The notes beneath the pieces are model-generated. The model was given only the letters and a program-made list of their open reading frames with translations, made no database searches and had not been told where the DNA came from. This document shows, piece by piece, positions 1 to 13,702 of a stretch of DNA of 64,000 nucleotides; position 1 is the stretch's first letter, and each line of letters starts with the position of its first letter. This DNA comes from Macrostomum lignano (lineage: Eukaryota): assembly GCA_002269645.1 (NCBI GenBank), contig NIVC01000977.1, forward strand, positions 124,001 to 188,000. The letters are read 5' to 3'. The position numbers were made by a program, and so were the translations under genes.

Positions 1-3000
1 TGCAGTGATGGATTGGCCGGTCGGCCAGTTCCACGTGGTCCCGATGGATCCTGGTGTGACACTGACGGCATTCCAGAGCCGGCGGCGGGTTCAACACAGC
101 GAAGCACGGCTTGGCGCACACGTCGCAATGGGTTGGCATCCGGTAGGTGATTGGCACGAATTTGTGCCCATTGTGCATCACCATCAGAGAGCTGGAGTCT
201 GGGCCGCCGGCGCCGCCGCCTGCCGCGCCGCCAGATTTCACCTCGCGAGACACTTTGTCCTTGGCCTCGCCGTCAGCTTCGTACAGCAGCTGGCAAGGGG
301 GGAGTGCGGGCGGTGGCTGGCATTGGGGCTGGCTCTGGGCCAAGCTGTGGCATTGGGGTTAGCTCTGGGCCAAGCTGTGGCATTGGGGCTGGCTCTGGGC
401 CAAGCTGTGGCATTGGGGTTGGCTCTGGGCCAAGCTGTGGCATTGGGGCTGGCTCTGGGCCAAGCTGTGGCATTGGGGTTGGCTCTGGGCCAAGCTGTGT
501 GGCATTGGGGTTGGCTCTGGGCCAAGCTGTGTGGCATTGGGGTTGGCTCTGGGCCAAGCTGTGTGGCATTGGGGTTGGCTCTGGGCCAAGCTGTGGCATT
601 GGGGTTGGCTCTGGGCCAAGCTGTGTGGCATTGGGGTTGGCTCTGGGCCAAGCTGTGTGGCATTGGGGTTGGCTCTGGGCCAAGCTGTGTGGCATTGGGG
701 TTGGCTCTGGGCCAAGCTGTGGCATTGGGGCGTTTTTAAGCCACAGGTAGGATTCGGGGCGATTTTTAAGCCACAAGTAGGATTGGGGGCGATTTTTTAA
801 GCTACAGGTAGGATTTGGGGCGATTTTGAAGCCACAGGTAGGATTTGGGGCGATTTTTAAAGCTACAGGTAGGATTTGGGGCGATTTTGAAGCCACAGGT
901 AGGATTTGGGGCGATTTTGAAGCTACAGGTAGGATTTGGGGCGATTTTGAAGCCACAGGTAGGATTTGGGGCGATTTTGAAGCCACAGGTAGGATTTGGG
1001 GCGATTTTGAAGCCACAGGTAGGATTTGGGGCGATTTTGAAGCCACAGGTAGGATTTGGGGCGATTTTGAAGCCACAGGTAGGATTTGGGGCGATTTTGA
1101 AGCCACAGGTAGGATTTGGGGCGATTTTTAAGCCACAGGTAGGATTTGAGACAATTATTATTCATAGATTAGGGTATTTCCACTACCTTAGATACTTTAG
1201 GCTTAAAAATCTTTGAATCAAGAACACACACGACAAGCCCCCCCCCCCCGCGGAAAAAAGCCGCACGCACCTGCAGAATCCTTGAGATATCCTTCTTATC
1301 AGCGTGCAAAGCGTCGTTCTGCGTGATGGGTCTGGCATGGAAAATCTTGGCCAACTCTAGCACCATGGCCGGGCGCTCCTGGGAGTCCTTCTCCTCCTTA
1401 GTCCGATAGAAGGCCACGCTGCGCTGGCTCACAACAACGTAGCGCTCCTCGAATGCCAGATTACCGCGGCGGCGATTGGCCTTGGGCACCGATAGAAAGC
1501 CTTCCCAGTTGCTGGCGCCTGGCAACTCAATAGACGACAGGGTAGCCGTGTCCGAGGCTGTAGTGGACGCGGCGCCACCAGTGGCCGTCCGATTGTCCGA
1601 CGATGCCACGGAAAAGGTGTCCACATGCGAAGAGTTGGCCAGGCGCCGTTCGTATTCTTCAATCATGGACTCCCTCTGTTCCAGCACGAGTTGCAGTTCC
1701 TGCAGTTCGACTTGCATCCGGTCAAGATTGACTCGCAGGTCTTGAATTTCTACATCTTTCTGTTCCACTTTGCGGCGATGAATTTCGCGTTCGCGTTTCA
1801 GCTCGGCGTCCAGCTCCCTGCGGCGATTGGGTAGACAGGACGCTAGCGATTAGAATCTATGAAGCTCAAGTACTCAAGATCTATTCATATTCGGGTGCCC
1901 GCAGCCCTCCTTTGTCTGTTTGCTTTCTTTGAAAGCTATAGTTGGTAACTTTGACTGGAATATCGCATTAATTAGACTCTCATCTCTAAAAATAATTGTG
2001 TGTGATGGCAAATAAAACCGAAATATGTGGGCCGGAACTTACCCAGTGAATAAAACAATGAATGAATGAATTAACTAATTAGTTTATCAATCAATCAATG
2101 AATGAATCAATCAATAAATAAAACAACCAATAAATCAATAAATTAATAAACCAATCAATGAATCAATAAATTAATAAACCAATCAATGAATCAATAAATT
2201 AATAAACCAATCAATGAATCAATAAATTAATAAACCAATCAATGAATCAATAAATTAATAAACCAATCAATGAATCAATAAATTAATAAACCAATCAATG
2301 AATCAATAAATTAATAAACCAATCAATGAATCATCAAATGAACCAATCAATAAACCACTCAATTAATCAATGAATCAATGAATCAATGAATCATTGAATG
2401 AACCAAAAAATGAATCAATCGATATGAATGAATCAATAAATCATCGAATGAATCAATCAATAAACCAATCAATGAATCAATATATAATCGAATGAACCAA
2501 TCAATAAATGAATATACAATTCAATCAATCAAATAATCAGCAAACGCAGATTCAACACAAAGTCGTAAAAAGGTTTCTATCCATGCTATGGTACACACGC
2601 TACTTGCAAGTAGTCTCACTCACCTAGCCTTCCTGTTGCTCTGACCCCGCCTGCCGCTGTCCATAGCGTCAGACCGCGCAGCCTTCTGCACCGTAGGGTC
2701 CTGCATCAGCCGGATCAGTTTGTTCACCGCTTCGTTCTTCAGTACGGCCTCCTCACTCACGCGCTTCTTCAACGAGGTCACCTCGGCCAGCAGGGCGGAT
2801 TTGTCGGACTCCAGACTGGTGATCTGCTGGCTGAGCTGACTCAGCTGCTGCTCAACTGACTCCTTCTGCTTAGCCAGCTCTGAGCAGGCGTCCGCGTGTT
2901 TGTCCCGCTCGAGTTCCAGCAGCAGCAGGCGGCGCTCCTGTTCAGTTTTCTGAGTTTGCAAAGCGTTGCGCGCCGACTTCTCGGCCTGCAGCTCGTCCTC

Positions 3001-6000
3001 GGTGGCTTTGGCCGAGGAGCGAAGCTTGGCAGCCTCGGCCGCTAGCGAGTCCTTCTCGGCTTTCAGCGCCTCCGCCTCCTTGGCTGACTCTTTCTTCAGC
3101 TCGTCCAGCTCAGTTTTGTACAGCTCCAGGAAGCAGCAATCCGTGTCGTATTTCTCGCCCAGCTCTTTTAGTTCGTTGGTCTTCTGCTTCAGTCTGGGTT
3201 GCGGATGAGGGTGGGGAAGGATTGCGGACATGAGGTCACGAACCCGGCACTCTCGGGTCACCAATCAGTCTGCATGAGGTCACGAACCCGACACTCTCGA
3301 GTCACCAATCACACTGAGGTCACGAACCCGACACTCTCGAGTCACCAATCACACTGAGGTCACGAACCCGACACTCTCGGGTCACCAATCTCACTGAGGT
3401 CACGAACCCGACACTCTCGGGTCACCAATCTCACTGAGGTCACGAACCCGACACTCTCGGGTCACCAATCTCACTGAGGTTACGAACCCGACACTCTCGG
3501 GTCACCAATCAGTTTGCATGAGGTCACGAACCCGGCACTGTCAGGTCACCAATCACACTGAGGTCACGAACCCGACACTCTCGGGTCACCAATCTCACTG
3601 AGGTTACGAACCCGACACTCTCGGGTCACCAATAAGTTTGCATGAGGTCACGAACCCGGCACTGTCAGGTCACCAATCTCACTGAGGTCACGAACCCGAC
3701 ACTCTCAGGTCGCCAATCACACTGAGGTCACGAACCCGACACTCTCAAGTCGCCAATCACACTGAGGTCACGAACCCGGCACTCTCGGATCACCAATCAC
3801 ACTGAGGTCACGAACCCGACACTCTCAGGTCACCAATCACACTGAGGTCACGAACCCGACACTCTCAGGTCGCCAATCACACTGAGGTCACGAACCCGAC
3901 ACTCTCAGGTCGCCAATCACACTGAGGTCACGAACCCGACACTCTCAGGTCGCCAATCACACTGAGGTCACGAACCCGGCACTCTCGGATCACCAATCAC
4001 ACTGAGGTCACGAACCCGGCACTCTCGGATCACCAATCTCACTGAGGTCACGAACCCGACACTCTCGGGTCACCAATCTCACTGAGGTTACGAACCCGAC
4101 ACTCTCGGGTCACCAATCAGTTTGCATGAGGTCACGAACCCGGCACTGTCAGGTCACCAATCACACTGAGGTCACGAACCCGGCACTCTCGGGTCACCAA
4201 TCACAGAGGTCACGAACCCGGCACTCTCGGATCACCAATCACACTGAGGTCACGAACCCGGCACTCTCGGGTCACCAATCACAGAGGTCACGAACCCGGC
4301 ACTCTCGGATCACCAATCACACTGAGGTCACGAACCCGGCACTCTCGGGTCACCAATCACACTGAGGTCACGAACCCGGCACTCTCGGATCACCAATCAC
4401 ACTGAGGTCACGAACCCGGCACTCTCGGATCACCAATCACACTGAGGTCACGAACCCGGCACTCTCGGATCACCAATCTCACTGAGGTCACGAATCCGGC
4501 GCTCTCGGGTCACCAATCAGTCTGCATGAGGTCACGAACCCGGCACTGTCGGGTCACCAATCAAACTGAGGTAACGAACCCGACACTCTCGGGTCACCAA
4601 TCACACTGAGGTCACGAACCCGACGCTCACCTATCCGCCAGTTTCTTGTGCTGCGCCGCCTGAGCATCGTGTCGCTCCTTCAGACTCGCTAGCTCCGCCT
4701 CCAGCTCGCCGATCCGGGTGCGCCCGGCCGCTATCTCGGCTTCGCCCGCCCGCTGCCGCTGCCGCTCCTCGGCCAGCTGTCCGGCCAGTTCCAGTTCGCG
4801 ATCTCTGGCCTTCCGCAGCTCGGCCTGCACGCCGGACAGCTGCTCGTTGGCTCTGGCCAGCTCAGCCGACAGCTCCTGCTTAGCGGATTCGCTGCGATCC
4901 TTGGCGACGGCCTCCAGTTCAGCCTGGCGCAGCCGCCGGTCCAGCTCGTCCTTCTGGTGCTCCAGTTCGGCGGCCTGCTTGCGCAGCGCCTCCTTCTCGT
5001 CGCGTACGGAGCGCAGTTCCTGTTGAAGATCGCGCGTCTCGGCCTGGTGGCCGGACAGAAGCTCCTGACGCTCCTGAGAGTGCCTGGAAAATTTTTATTG
5101 AAAGACGCATGTAGATGCATTCTACTTACAGTAGAATATTAGCTAGTTAAAAGATGATAAAAAGAATACAATTGAAGTACACATAGACCTTGGAAATTAT
5201 GGTCACTACCTCGAGTAGGGGAGGAGGTCACGACCTTGTGAATAGTGCCAGGTCATGACCTTGTGAGTAGTGTCAGGTCATGACCTTGTGAATAGTGTCA
5301 GGTCACAATGTTGTGAATAGTGTCAAGTCATGACCTTGTGAATAGTGTCAGGTCACAATGTTGTGAATAGTGTCAGGTCATGACCTTGTGAGTAGTGTCA
5401 GGTCACAATGTTGTGAATAGTGTCAGGTCATGACCTTGTGAGTAGTGTCAGGTCATGACCTTGTGAATAGTGTCAGGTCACAATGTTGTGAATAGTGTCA
5501 GGTCATGACCTTGTGAATAGTGTCAGGTCACAATGTTGTGAATAGTGTCAGGTCATGACCTTGTGAATAGTGTCAGGTCATGACCTTGTGAATAGTGTCA
5601 GGTCACAATGTTGTGAATAGTGTCAGGTCATGACCTTGTGAATAGTGTCAGGTCACAATGTTGTGAATAGTGTCAGGTCATGACCTTGTGAATAGCGTCA
5701 GGTCACACGACCTTGTGAATAGTGTCAGGTCATGACCTTGTGAATAGTGTCAGGTCACAACCTTGTGAATGTTTCAGGAGTCAGTACAGGAGTGGGTCAT
5801 GACCTTGTGAATGTTTCAGGAGTCAGTACAGGAGGGGTCATGACCTGGAAGAAAATGAGAGGCCTCAATCTTAACAAAGTAGGCTTACTTGGCCTCAGCC
5901 TGCCGCACCCGCTCCTCCAATTCGGATTTGCTCTTCTCCAGACTGGCTAGCTGAGCTCGCAGATCTTCCAATTCCAGCATTGCCGCCTCTTTCTCGGCTG

Positions 6001-9000
6001 TCAAAGCTTTCAAAGTTGACTCGGCGTTGCGCAGAGCGGCGCGCTCGTCGTCCAGCTGGCGGCGCAGCTGCTCGGCCTGCTGTCCGGCGTCGCGAAGCTT
6101 CGCCAAGGCCGCGTCGGCCTCCTGGTGCAGCCGCTGGGACTCGTCTTCGGCTTGTCTGCAATGATGAAGCCATGGAACTAAAGCTAAGAGTCTTAGCCAA
6201 TACTCAGCCTCAATCTGAGCCCCTACTCAGCCTCAATCTGAGCCCCTACTCAGCCTCAATCTGAGCCCCTACTCAGCCTCAATCTGAGCCCCTACTCAGC
6301 CTCAATCTGAGCCCCTCCCTACTCAGCCTCAATCTGAGCCCCTACTCAGCCTCAATCTGAGCCCCTCCCTACTCAGCCTCAATCTGAGCCCCTACTCAGC
6401 CTCAATCTGAGCCCCTACTCAGCCTCAATCTGAGCCCCTACTCAGCCTCAATCTGAGCCCCTACTCAGCCTCAATCTGAGCCCCTACTCAGCCTCAATCT
6501 AAATCCCAGCCTGAAATCCTGGACCCCAGCCTATCCCCAGACAACGCACCTAAGCGAGTTCAGCTGAGCCTCCAGCCGCGATTTCTCCTGCCGCAGGTTG
6601 TGCAGCGAAGTCTCAGCCTCCATGAGGCCCAGCTTAGCTTTGGACTCGGCCTCCCTTAGCCGGCTAATCTCGGCGGACAGCGCCTGCTCTTTGGCGCGCA
6701 ATCTGTCCAATTCGTCACCATTGGCGCCCGCGCCGGCTCCAACATTGGCGCCGCCGGCTATAGCGCCGGCGCCACCGCCTGAGCCCGCGGTGCCGCCTCC
6801 GCTGCCGCTAAACCATTGCTGCTGACGAAACGAGAAACCAATAAACGGTAAATTGCCGCCCTGATAGGCCTTGGGCTCGCTCTCCAACAACTCCCTATTA
6901 GCTTTTCTAGACGGCTCCGGATCGTCGACAAAGAAATAGCGCGTGTCGATGTCGGACGTCAGCTCGATAGGGAATGGCGCGTCAATAGCCCGGATTCGAT
7001 CCCAGGTCCATTGGGAATTAACAAAGAAATTGTGATTCTTCACATCTTTAGCCAGACGCAATCGTTTAGTTCGCTCTTCAAGCAGCTTGCGAACAATGTC
7101 CAGGCAAGTCTCCGAAAGTTCCTGCGGCAGGCCTTCGTCGAGGCGTTTCTGCAACGAATTCTTGTGATCCATGATGCAGCTGTAGGTCTCCAGAAGGTCG
7201 TCTCCAGCGAATGGAGTGTAGCCGCAGACCAGTTCGAATAGCACTACGCCGACGCTCCACCAGTCGACTTCAAAGGAGTAGGTGCTGGACTTGCCCTGAT
7301 TGGTGAGCATCTCCGGGCAGATGTAATCCGGCGTGCCAATCGTAGTCGAAGTGGTCACCGTTTTAGTTTTCGGATCGAGCCGAACTGCGGTGCCGAAATC
7401 CGCCAGTTTGAGATGGCCGCGCGAGTCCAGCAGGCAGTTCTCCGGCTTGACGTCGCGATGAACGAAGCCCAGATCGTGGAGAGCCTCCAGTGCCAGCACC
7501 AGCTCGGCAATGTAGAACCGGGCCGTGTTCTCCGGCAGGCAGGGCGAGTCCTCGTCCTCTGGCAGCAGTGCGGTCATGTCGCCGCCTTGCAGGAACTCCA
7601 TCGCCATGTACAGGTACTTCTCGTCCTGGGATTGGTGGCGGTTGTGGCGGGAGACTGGAAGGCTGCAACGCTACGCTATAGATCAAAACAGACTTGATGG
7701 GGGAACAAGGAGGGTCATAATATGTATATGTAGATTATGGGATCAGAGGTTATGGGATCAAAGTAGGTTATGGGATCAAAGTAGGTTATGGGATCGGAGT
7801 AGGCTATGGGATCAGAGTAGCTGGTTATGGGATCAGAGTAGCTGGTTATGGGATCAGAGAAGGTTATGGGATCAGAATAGGCTATGGGATCAGATTAGGT
7901 TATGGGATCAGAATAGGTTATGGGATCAGAATAGGTTATGGGATCAGAGTAGGCTTTGGGATCAGAGTAGGTTATGGGATCAGAGTAGGTTATGGGATCA
8001 GAGTAGGTTATGGGATCAGAGTAGGCTTTGGGATCAGAGTAGGTTATGGGATCAGAGTAGGTTATGGGATCAGAGTAGGTTATGGGATCAGAGTAGGCTT
8101 TGGGATCAGAGTAGGTTATGGGATCAGAGTAGGTTATGGGATCAGAGTAGGTTATGGGATCAGAGTAGGCTTTGGGATCAGAGTAGGTTATGGGATCAGA
8201 GTAGGTTATGGGATCAGAGTAGGTTATGGGATCAGAGTAGGCTTTGGGATCAGAGTAGGCTTTGGGATCAGATTAGGTTATGGGATCAGAATAGGTTATG
8301 GGATCAGAGTAGACTTTGGGATCAGAGTAGGTTATGGGATCAGAGTAGGTTATGGGATCAGAGTAGGTTATGGGATCAGAGTAGGCTTTGGGATCAGAGT
8401 AGGCTTTGGGATCAGAGTAGCTGGTTATGGGATCAGAGAAGGTTTTGGGATCAGAGTAGCTAGTTATGGGATCAGAGGTTATGGGATCAGAATAGGCTAT
8501 GGGATCAGATTAGGTTATGGGATCAGAGTAGGCTTTGGGATCAAAGTAGGCTTTGGGATCAGAGTAGGTTATGGGATCAGAGTAGGTTATGGGATCAGAG
8601 TAGGCTTTGGGATCAGAGTAGGCTTTGGGATCAGATTAGGTTATGGGATCAGAATAGGTTATGGGATCAGAGTAGGCTTTGGGATCAGAGTAGGCTTTGG
8701 GATCAGATTAGGTTATGGGATCAGAATAGGTTATGGGATCAGAGTAGGCTTTGGGATCAGAGTAGGTTATGGGATCAGAGTAGGTTATGGGATCAGAGTA
8801 GGTTATGGGATCAGAGTAGGCTTTGGGATCAGAGTAGGTTATGAGTTATCATAGCAAGCTCGGGGACCATATCAAAGTACACAAGAGACTGGCATAAATT
8901 CGCACCTGAAACGCATAGTGCAGCTGCACAATCCAGTCAGAATTAGACGTGGCCATAATTTCTCGTTCCTCCCAGAAAAACGTGGACTCGCTCCGTTTGA

Positions 9001-11806
9001 GCACGTCCGCCTTGCTCAACAGTTTCAAAGCGAACAGCTCCTGCGAGTCTTTCTTTCTAACTAATTGCACCTCGCCGTAGGCGCCTCGTCCGATCACTTT
9101 GATCAGCTCGAAGTCCGTGTATCGAATCCGCCAGCGCTTGATCTGCTTGGACAAGTCCTCGTACCTGCGAGGGTGGAATTGGTGACGGTGGGTTGAAGTG
9201 ACGTCCCTTTTCTAACTAGCCTTGTGACCCTGTGCTTGCATAGGTCACTTAAACCCACTGAAGGGCCTGAGGAAATGGCGGTAGACCCACTGAAGGGCCT
9301 GAGGAAATGGCGGTAGACCCACTGAAGGGCCTGAGGAAATGGCGGTAGACCCACTGAAGGGCCTGAGGAAATGGCGGTAGACCCACTGAAGGGCCTGAGG
9401 AAATGGCGGTAGACCCACTGAAGGGCCTGAGGAAATGGCGGTGTACACACTGAAGGGCCTGAGGAAATGGCGGTAGACCCACTGAAGGGCCTGAGGAAAT
9501 GGCGGTAGACCCACTGAAGGGCCTGAGGAAATGGCGGTAGACCCACTGAAGGGCCTGAGGAAATGGCGGTAGACCCACTGAAACCTGAGGAAATGGCGGT
9601 AGACCCATTGAATGAACTGAAATTCCTGTAGTTAATAGATTTCTTACTGGAAACTCGCTAATAATAGTATCATAGCGCGAGAGTAAATAACGCATTTAAA
9701 ATTATAAAAATAATCTAAATTTTACTTATACTTCAAAAGACAAATTTATCTCATAAAAGCAAAGGGCCCAGCATAAAGCATACGACCTTGGATAGAAGCA
9801 GAGAAAAGATCCAATTATTTGCCAGATTTATTTGAATAATGAAAATAGAAGAAGACTTGGACTGGCTGCAGGCAAGCAAATCTAGGAAAGTTTCTCTGGC
9901 TACAGAGCGATAGCAAAAGCAGAAATTTTAAAGAAATTATTGTAATTACTATTTTTATTAAGAGACCCAAGTTTGCGACTCCACAAACTTAAGCCGATGA
10001 GCGAAATTTGTGCTAAGCTAGAAGATATTGCGCATCGCAGCCTGAAATATTATAATTCTTTATATATATTCTTTGTTGCATGCTAAGCAGTTTAGGAAAT
10101 TTGTTTAAAAAACCAAATTCGTGACATCGGAGCAGATCGCAGTCTTTACCCTAAAGCGGAACTGGTTATTATCCGTTTCCTATCATTCTTCCTCGAATCA
10201 AAACAGAGTAACTAAGCTTAATACAATAGTAATGACCCTGGACTGCCGTCTGCCTCAGAGGGGCAGGCAAGGAAAGAACGCTTAGATACCAGACTAGCAT
10301 TGCAGGCCAATTAACAAACACAAGCGCCGGTCGAATTCTTGAAATAAATTGGGGCAGACTAGAACAGCGGGTAAGGCAACAGCGGCTGCATGGATACGAG
10401 ATATTGCATGGCCTCTAATGCATTGTGCGTGCGTTTCCAATGTACTTTTATTCTAACACATTTGGGAAGCTTAGGGACGTATGGGAAGGACTGAGAGACC
10501 ATAAACCAATCCACAGTCGAAGTCTATGGCGGCTAAACTGAGGACTCGGGAAGCAAATTGCGCCAAACTGAGGACTCGGGAAGCAAATGGCGCCAAACTG
10601 AGGACTCGGGAAGCAAATTGCGTCAAACTGAGGACTCGGGAAGCAAATGGCGCCAAACTGAGGACTCGGGAAGCAAATGGCGCCAAACTGAGGACTCGGG
10701 AAGCAAATGGCGCCAAACTGAGTACTCGGGAAGCAAATGGCGGCTAAACTGAGTACTCGGGAAGCAAATGGCGCCAAACTGAGGACTCGGGAAGCAAATG
10801 GCGCCAAACTGAGTACTCGGGAAGCAAATGGCGGCTAAACTGAGGACTCAGGAAGCAGATCGCCCTAAACTGAAAACTCGGGAAGCAAATGTCGCTAAAA
10901 TGAGGACTCGGGAAGCAAATGGCGCTAAAATGAGGACTCGGGAAGCAAAGGGCGCCAAACTGAGGACTCGGGAAGCAAATCGCGCCAAACTGAGGACTCG
11001 GGAAGCAAATGGCGCCAAACTGAGTACTCGGGAAGCAAATGGCGGCTAAACTGAGTACTCGGGAAGCAAATGGCGGCTAAACTGAGGACTCAGGAAGCAG
11101 ATCGCCCTAAACTGAGAACTCGGGAAGCAAATGTCGCTAAAATGAGGACTCGGGAAGCAAATGGCGGCTAAACTGAGGACTCAGGAAGCAAATCGCCCTA
11201 AACTGAGAACTCGGGAAGCAAATGTCGCTAAAATGAGGACTCGGGAAGCAAAGGGCGCCAAACTGAGGACTCGGGAAGCAAATCGCCCTAAACTGAGAAC
11301 TCGGGAAGCAAATGGCGCTAAACTGAAGATTAGGGAAGCAAAATGCGCTAAACTGAGAACTCGGGAAGCAAATCGCCCTAAAATGAGAACTCGGGAAGCA
11401 AAGGGCGCCAAACTGAGGACTCGGGAAGCAAATCGCCCTAAACTGAGAACTCGGGAAGCAAATCGCCCTAAACTGAAAACTCGGGAAGCAAATGGCGCTA
11501 AACTGAGAACTCGGGAAGCAAATGGCGCCAAACTCTGAGCTCTGGAAGCAAATGGCGCCAAACCGGAAACCACATTTAAACGCCATATTTGGTACACAAA
11601 CATTAAAAAGAGCAAAAATAGTATTTTACATTCACTCACCGTTCCAGAAACTGCGAGACATTCTTTGACTTTCGTATCAATGGATATTTCAAATCGTCGC
11701 ATAGGGCGCTAACGCAGTCTAGCAGGCTATCAATATTGATAGCTGAGCTATTGCGCAAAATCTCGGACTCAATAGCCTGCTGACCGCCTGTATTATTGCT
11801 GCTCAT
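1..11806 (-). CDS. ROCK: Rho-associated protein kinase (ROCK), spliced; 8 coding exons in window, 3' end runs off the window start
   Basis: Exons 11806-11640, 9164-8906, 7625-6550, 6155-5889, 5083-4631, 3193-2624, 1817-1271 and 289-<1 join via GT..AG with consistent phases (about 1209 codons in window). ROCK-type N-terminal dimerisation segment ([33 protein letters not shown]), AGC kinase motifs ([28 protein letters not shown]), long coiled coil, then a split PH domain interrupted by a C1 domain ([37 protein letters not shown]). Confidence 0.93.
290..1270. repeat. ROCK intron 7: two abutting 30-bp minisatellites
   Basis: About 312-728 unit TGGCATTGGGGTTGGCTCTGGGCCAAGCTG (some 32-bp variants); about 730-1148 unit AGGATTTGGGGCGATTTTGAAGCCACAGGT. 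Confidence 0.95.
2050..2535. repeat. ROCK intron 6: AT-rich 28-bp minisatellite with degenerate flanks
   Basis: Unit AATCAATGAATCAATAAATTAATAAACC repeated about 7 times, with ATGA/ATCA tetramer degenerate flanks. Confidence 0.9.
3228..4626. repeat. ROCK intron 5: ~40-bp minisatellite
   Basis: Unit GAGGTCACGAACCCGACACTCTCGGGTCACCAATCACACT, about 35 copies, running up to the splice donor. The unit contains an ACCCGA-N5-TCGGGT stem. Confidence 0.95.
5225..5845. repeat. ROCK intron 4: 25-bp minisatellite
   Basis: Unit GTCATGACCTTGTGAATAGTGTCAG alternating with the variant GTCACAATGTTGTGAATAGTGTCAG. Confidence 0.93.
6195..6500. repeat. ROCK intron 3: 23-bp minisatellite
   Basis: Unit CTACTCAGCCTCAATCTGAGCCC, about 13 copies. 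Confidence 0.95.
7735..8845. repeat. ROCK intron 2: 18-bp minisatellite
   Basis: Unit GGGATCAGAGTAGGTTAT, about 60 copies. It generates the spurious (LWDQSR)n ORF. Confidence 0.96.
9253..9610. repeat. ROCK intron 1: 32-bp minisatellite
   Basis: Unit CCCACTGAAGGGCCTGAGGAAATGGCGGTAGA, about 11 copies. Confidence 0.95.
10527..11570. repeat. ROCK intron 1: 30-bp minisatellite
   Basis: Unit GAGGACTCGGGAAGCAAATGGCGCCAAACT with occasional 32-bp variants. Confidence 0.95.
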
Positions 11807-12284
11807 TATTATAAGCAAATGATAAATAGAATTTGTTCTTTTATCAGTCTGGCAAATAGGGCAGCATGAAACAAATTGATAAATAACAGTCGATGAATGA
11901 ATGAACTAAATTTGATAAGAAACAGGAGCCTTTCTTTAATCGAAATTCTACTTTTTCATCTCCGTTGCTTTTGCATTCAAGAAACAAGTGGAGACACTGG
12001 TTACGGCCGGCAGAAGCAGCAACAGAAGAGTTGCAATGCGCAAAAAAATTCGGCCTTTAGACTGCATGCACAATAACAGTGTACCCACACTATAACTGAA
12101 CAGCAGCTAGTCAAGGTAGTAAACAATAATAATACGGTTCAAAGCTAATATTAATAATACCACTTGACTCTAGTACTTTATTGCAGAGTACAATATGATA
12201 CATTGCTTTTATAACTGCGCCTACGTTGGAATTCACTTTGCTCCACTGTTAGTCGGGCAACAACTCTTTATTCCTGCCTGCACA

Positions 12285-13702
12285 CTACCCACTGCCAGGT
12301 CTCTACTCTCCCCTACCCTACTCTACCGGGTCTCTAATCTCATCTACCCACTGCCAGGTCTCTACTCTCCCCTACCCTACTCTACCGGGTCTCTAATCTC
12401 ACCTACCCACTGCCAGGTCTCTACTCTCCCCTACCCTAATCTACCGGGTCTCTAATCTCATCTACCCACTGCCAGGTCTCTACTCTCCCCTACCCTACTC
12501 TACCGGGTCTCTAATCTCACCTACCCACTGCCAGGTCTCTACTCTCCCTACCCTACTCTACCGGGTCTCTAATCTCACCTACCCACTGCCAAGTCTCTAC
12601 TCTCCCCTACCCTACTCTACCGGGTCTCTAATCTCATCTACCCACTGCCAGGTCTCTACTCTCCCCTACCCTACTCTACCGGGTCTCTAATCTCACCTAC
12701 CCACTGCCAGGTCTCTACTCTCCCCTACCCTACTCTACCGGGTCTCTAATCTCATCTACCCACTGCCAGGTCTCTACTCTCCCCTACCCTACTCTACCGG
12801 GTCTCTAATCTCATCTACCCACTGCCAGGTCTCTACTCTCCCCTACCCTACTCTACCGGGTCTCTAATCTCATCTACCCACTGCCAGGTCTCTACTCTCC
12901 CCTACCCTACTCTACCGGGTCTCTAATCTCATCTACCCACTGCCAGGTCTCTACTCTCCCCTACCCTACTCTACCGGGTCTCTAATCTCATCTACCCACT
13001 GCCAGGTCTCTACTCTCCCCTACCCTACTCTACCGGGTCTCTAATCTCACCTACCCACTGCCAGGTCTATACTCTCCCCTACCCTACTCTACCGGGTCTC
13101 TAATCTCACCTACCCACTGCCAAGTCTCTACTCTCCCCTACCCTACTCTACCGGGTCTCTAATCTCATCTACCCACTGCCAGGTCTCTACTCTCCCCTAC
13201 CCTACTCTACCGGGTCTCTAATCTCACCTACCCACTGCCAGGTCTCTACTCTCCCCTACCCTACTCTACCGGGTCTCTAATCTCACCTACCCACTGCCAG
13301 GTCTCTACTCTCCCCTACCCTACTCTACCGGGTCTCTAATCTCATCTACCCACTGCCAGGTCTCTACTCTCCCCTACCCTACTCTACCGGGTCTCTAATC
13401 TCATCTACCCACTGCCAGGTCTCTACTCTCCCCTACCCTACTCTACCGGGTCTCTAATCTCACCTACCCACTGCCAGGTCTCTACTCTCCCCTACCCTAC
13501 TCTACCGGGTCTCTAATCTCATCTACCCACTGCCAGGTCTCTACTCTCCCCTACCCTACTCTACCGGGTCTCTAATCTCATCTACCCACTGCCAGGTCTC
13601 TACTCTCCCCTACCCTACTCTACCGGGTCTCTAATCTCATCTACCCACTCTACCAGGTATCTACTCTCCCTTACTCTACTCTACCGGTCCTCTAATCTCA
13701 CC
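12285..13702. repeat. 59-bp minisatellite, left part (interrupted by the palindromic insertion)
   Basis: Unit CTACCCACTGCCAGGTCTCTACTCTCCCCTACCCTACTCTACCGGGTCTCTAATCTCA(C/T), about 24 homogeneous copies. Confidence 0.95.

Noticed and set aside
7525-8463. 312-aa (LWDQSR)n ORF and similar periodic ORFs at 5-1216, 9103-9695, 10448-11702, 24128-24479, 59412-60029 and 63491-64000
   Set aside because: Stop-free frames of tandem repeats located in introns or intergenic DNA.
6531-9154. Kinase as MRCK, DMPK or citron instead of ROCK
   Set aside because: The N-terminal segment, long central coiled coil and C1 domain embedded within a split PH domain match ROCK architecture. In MRCK and citron the C1 domain precedes an intact PH domain.
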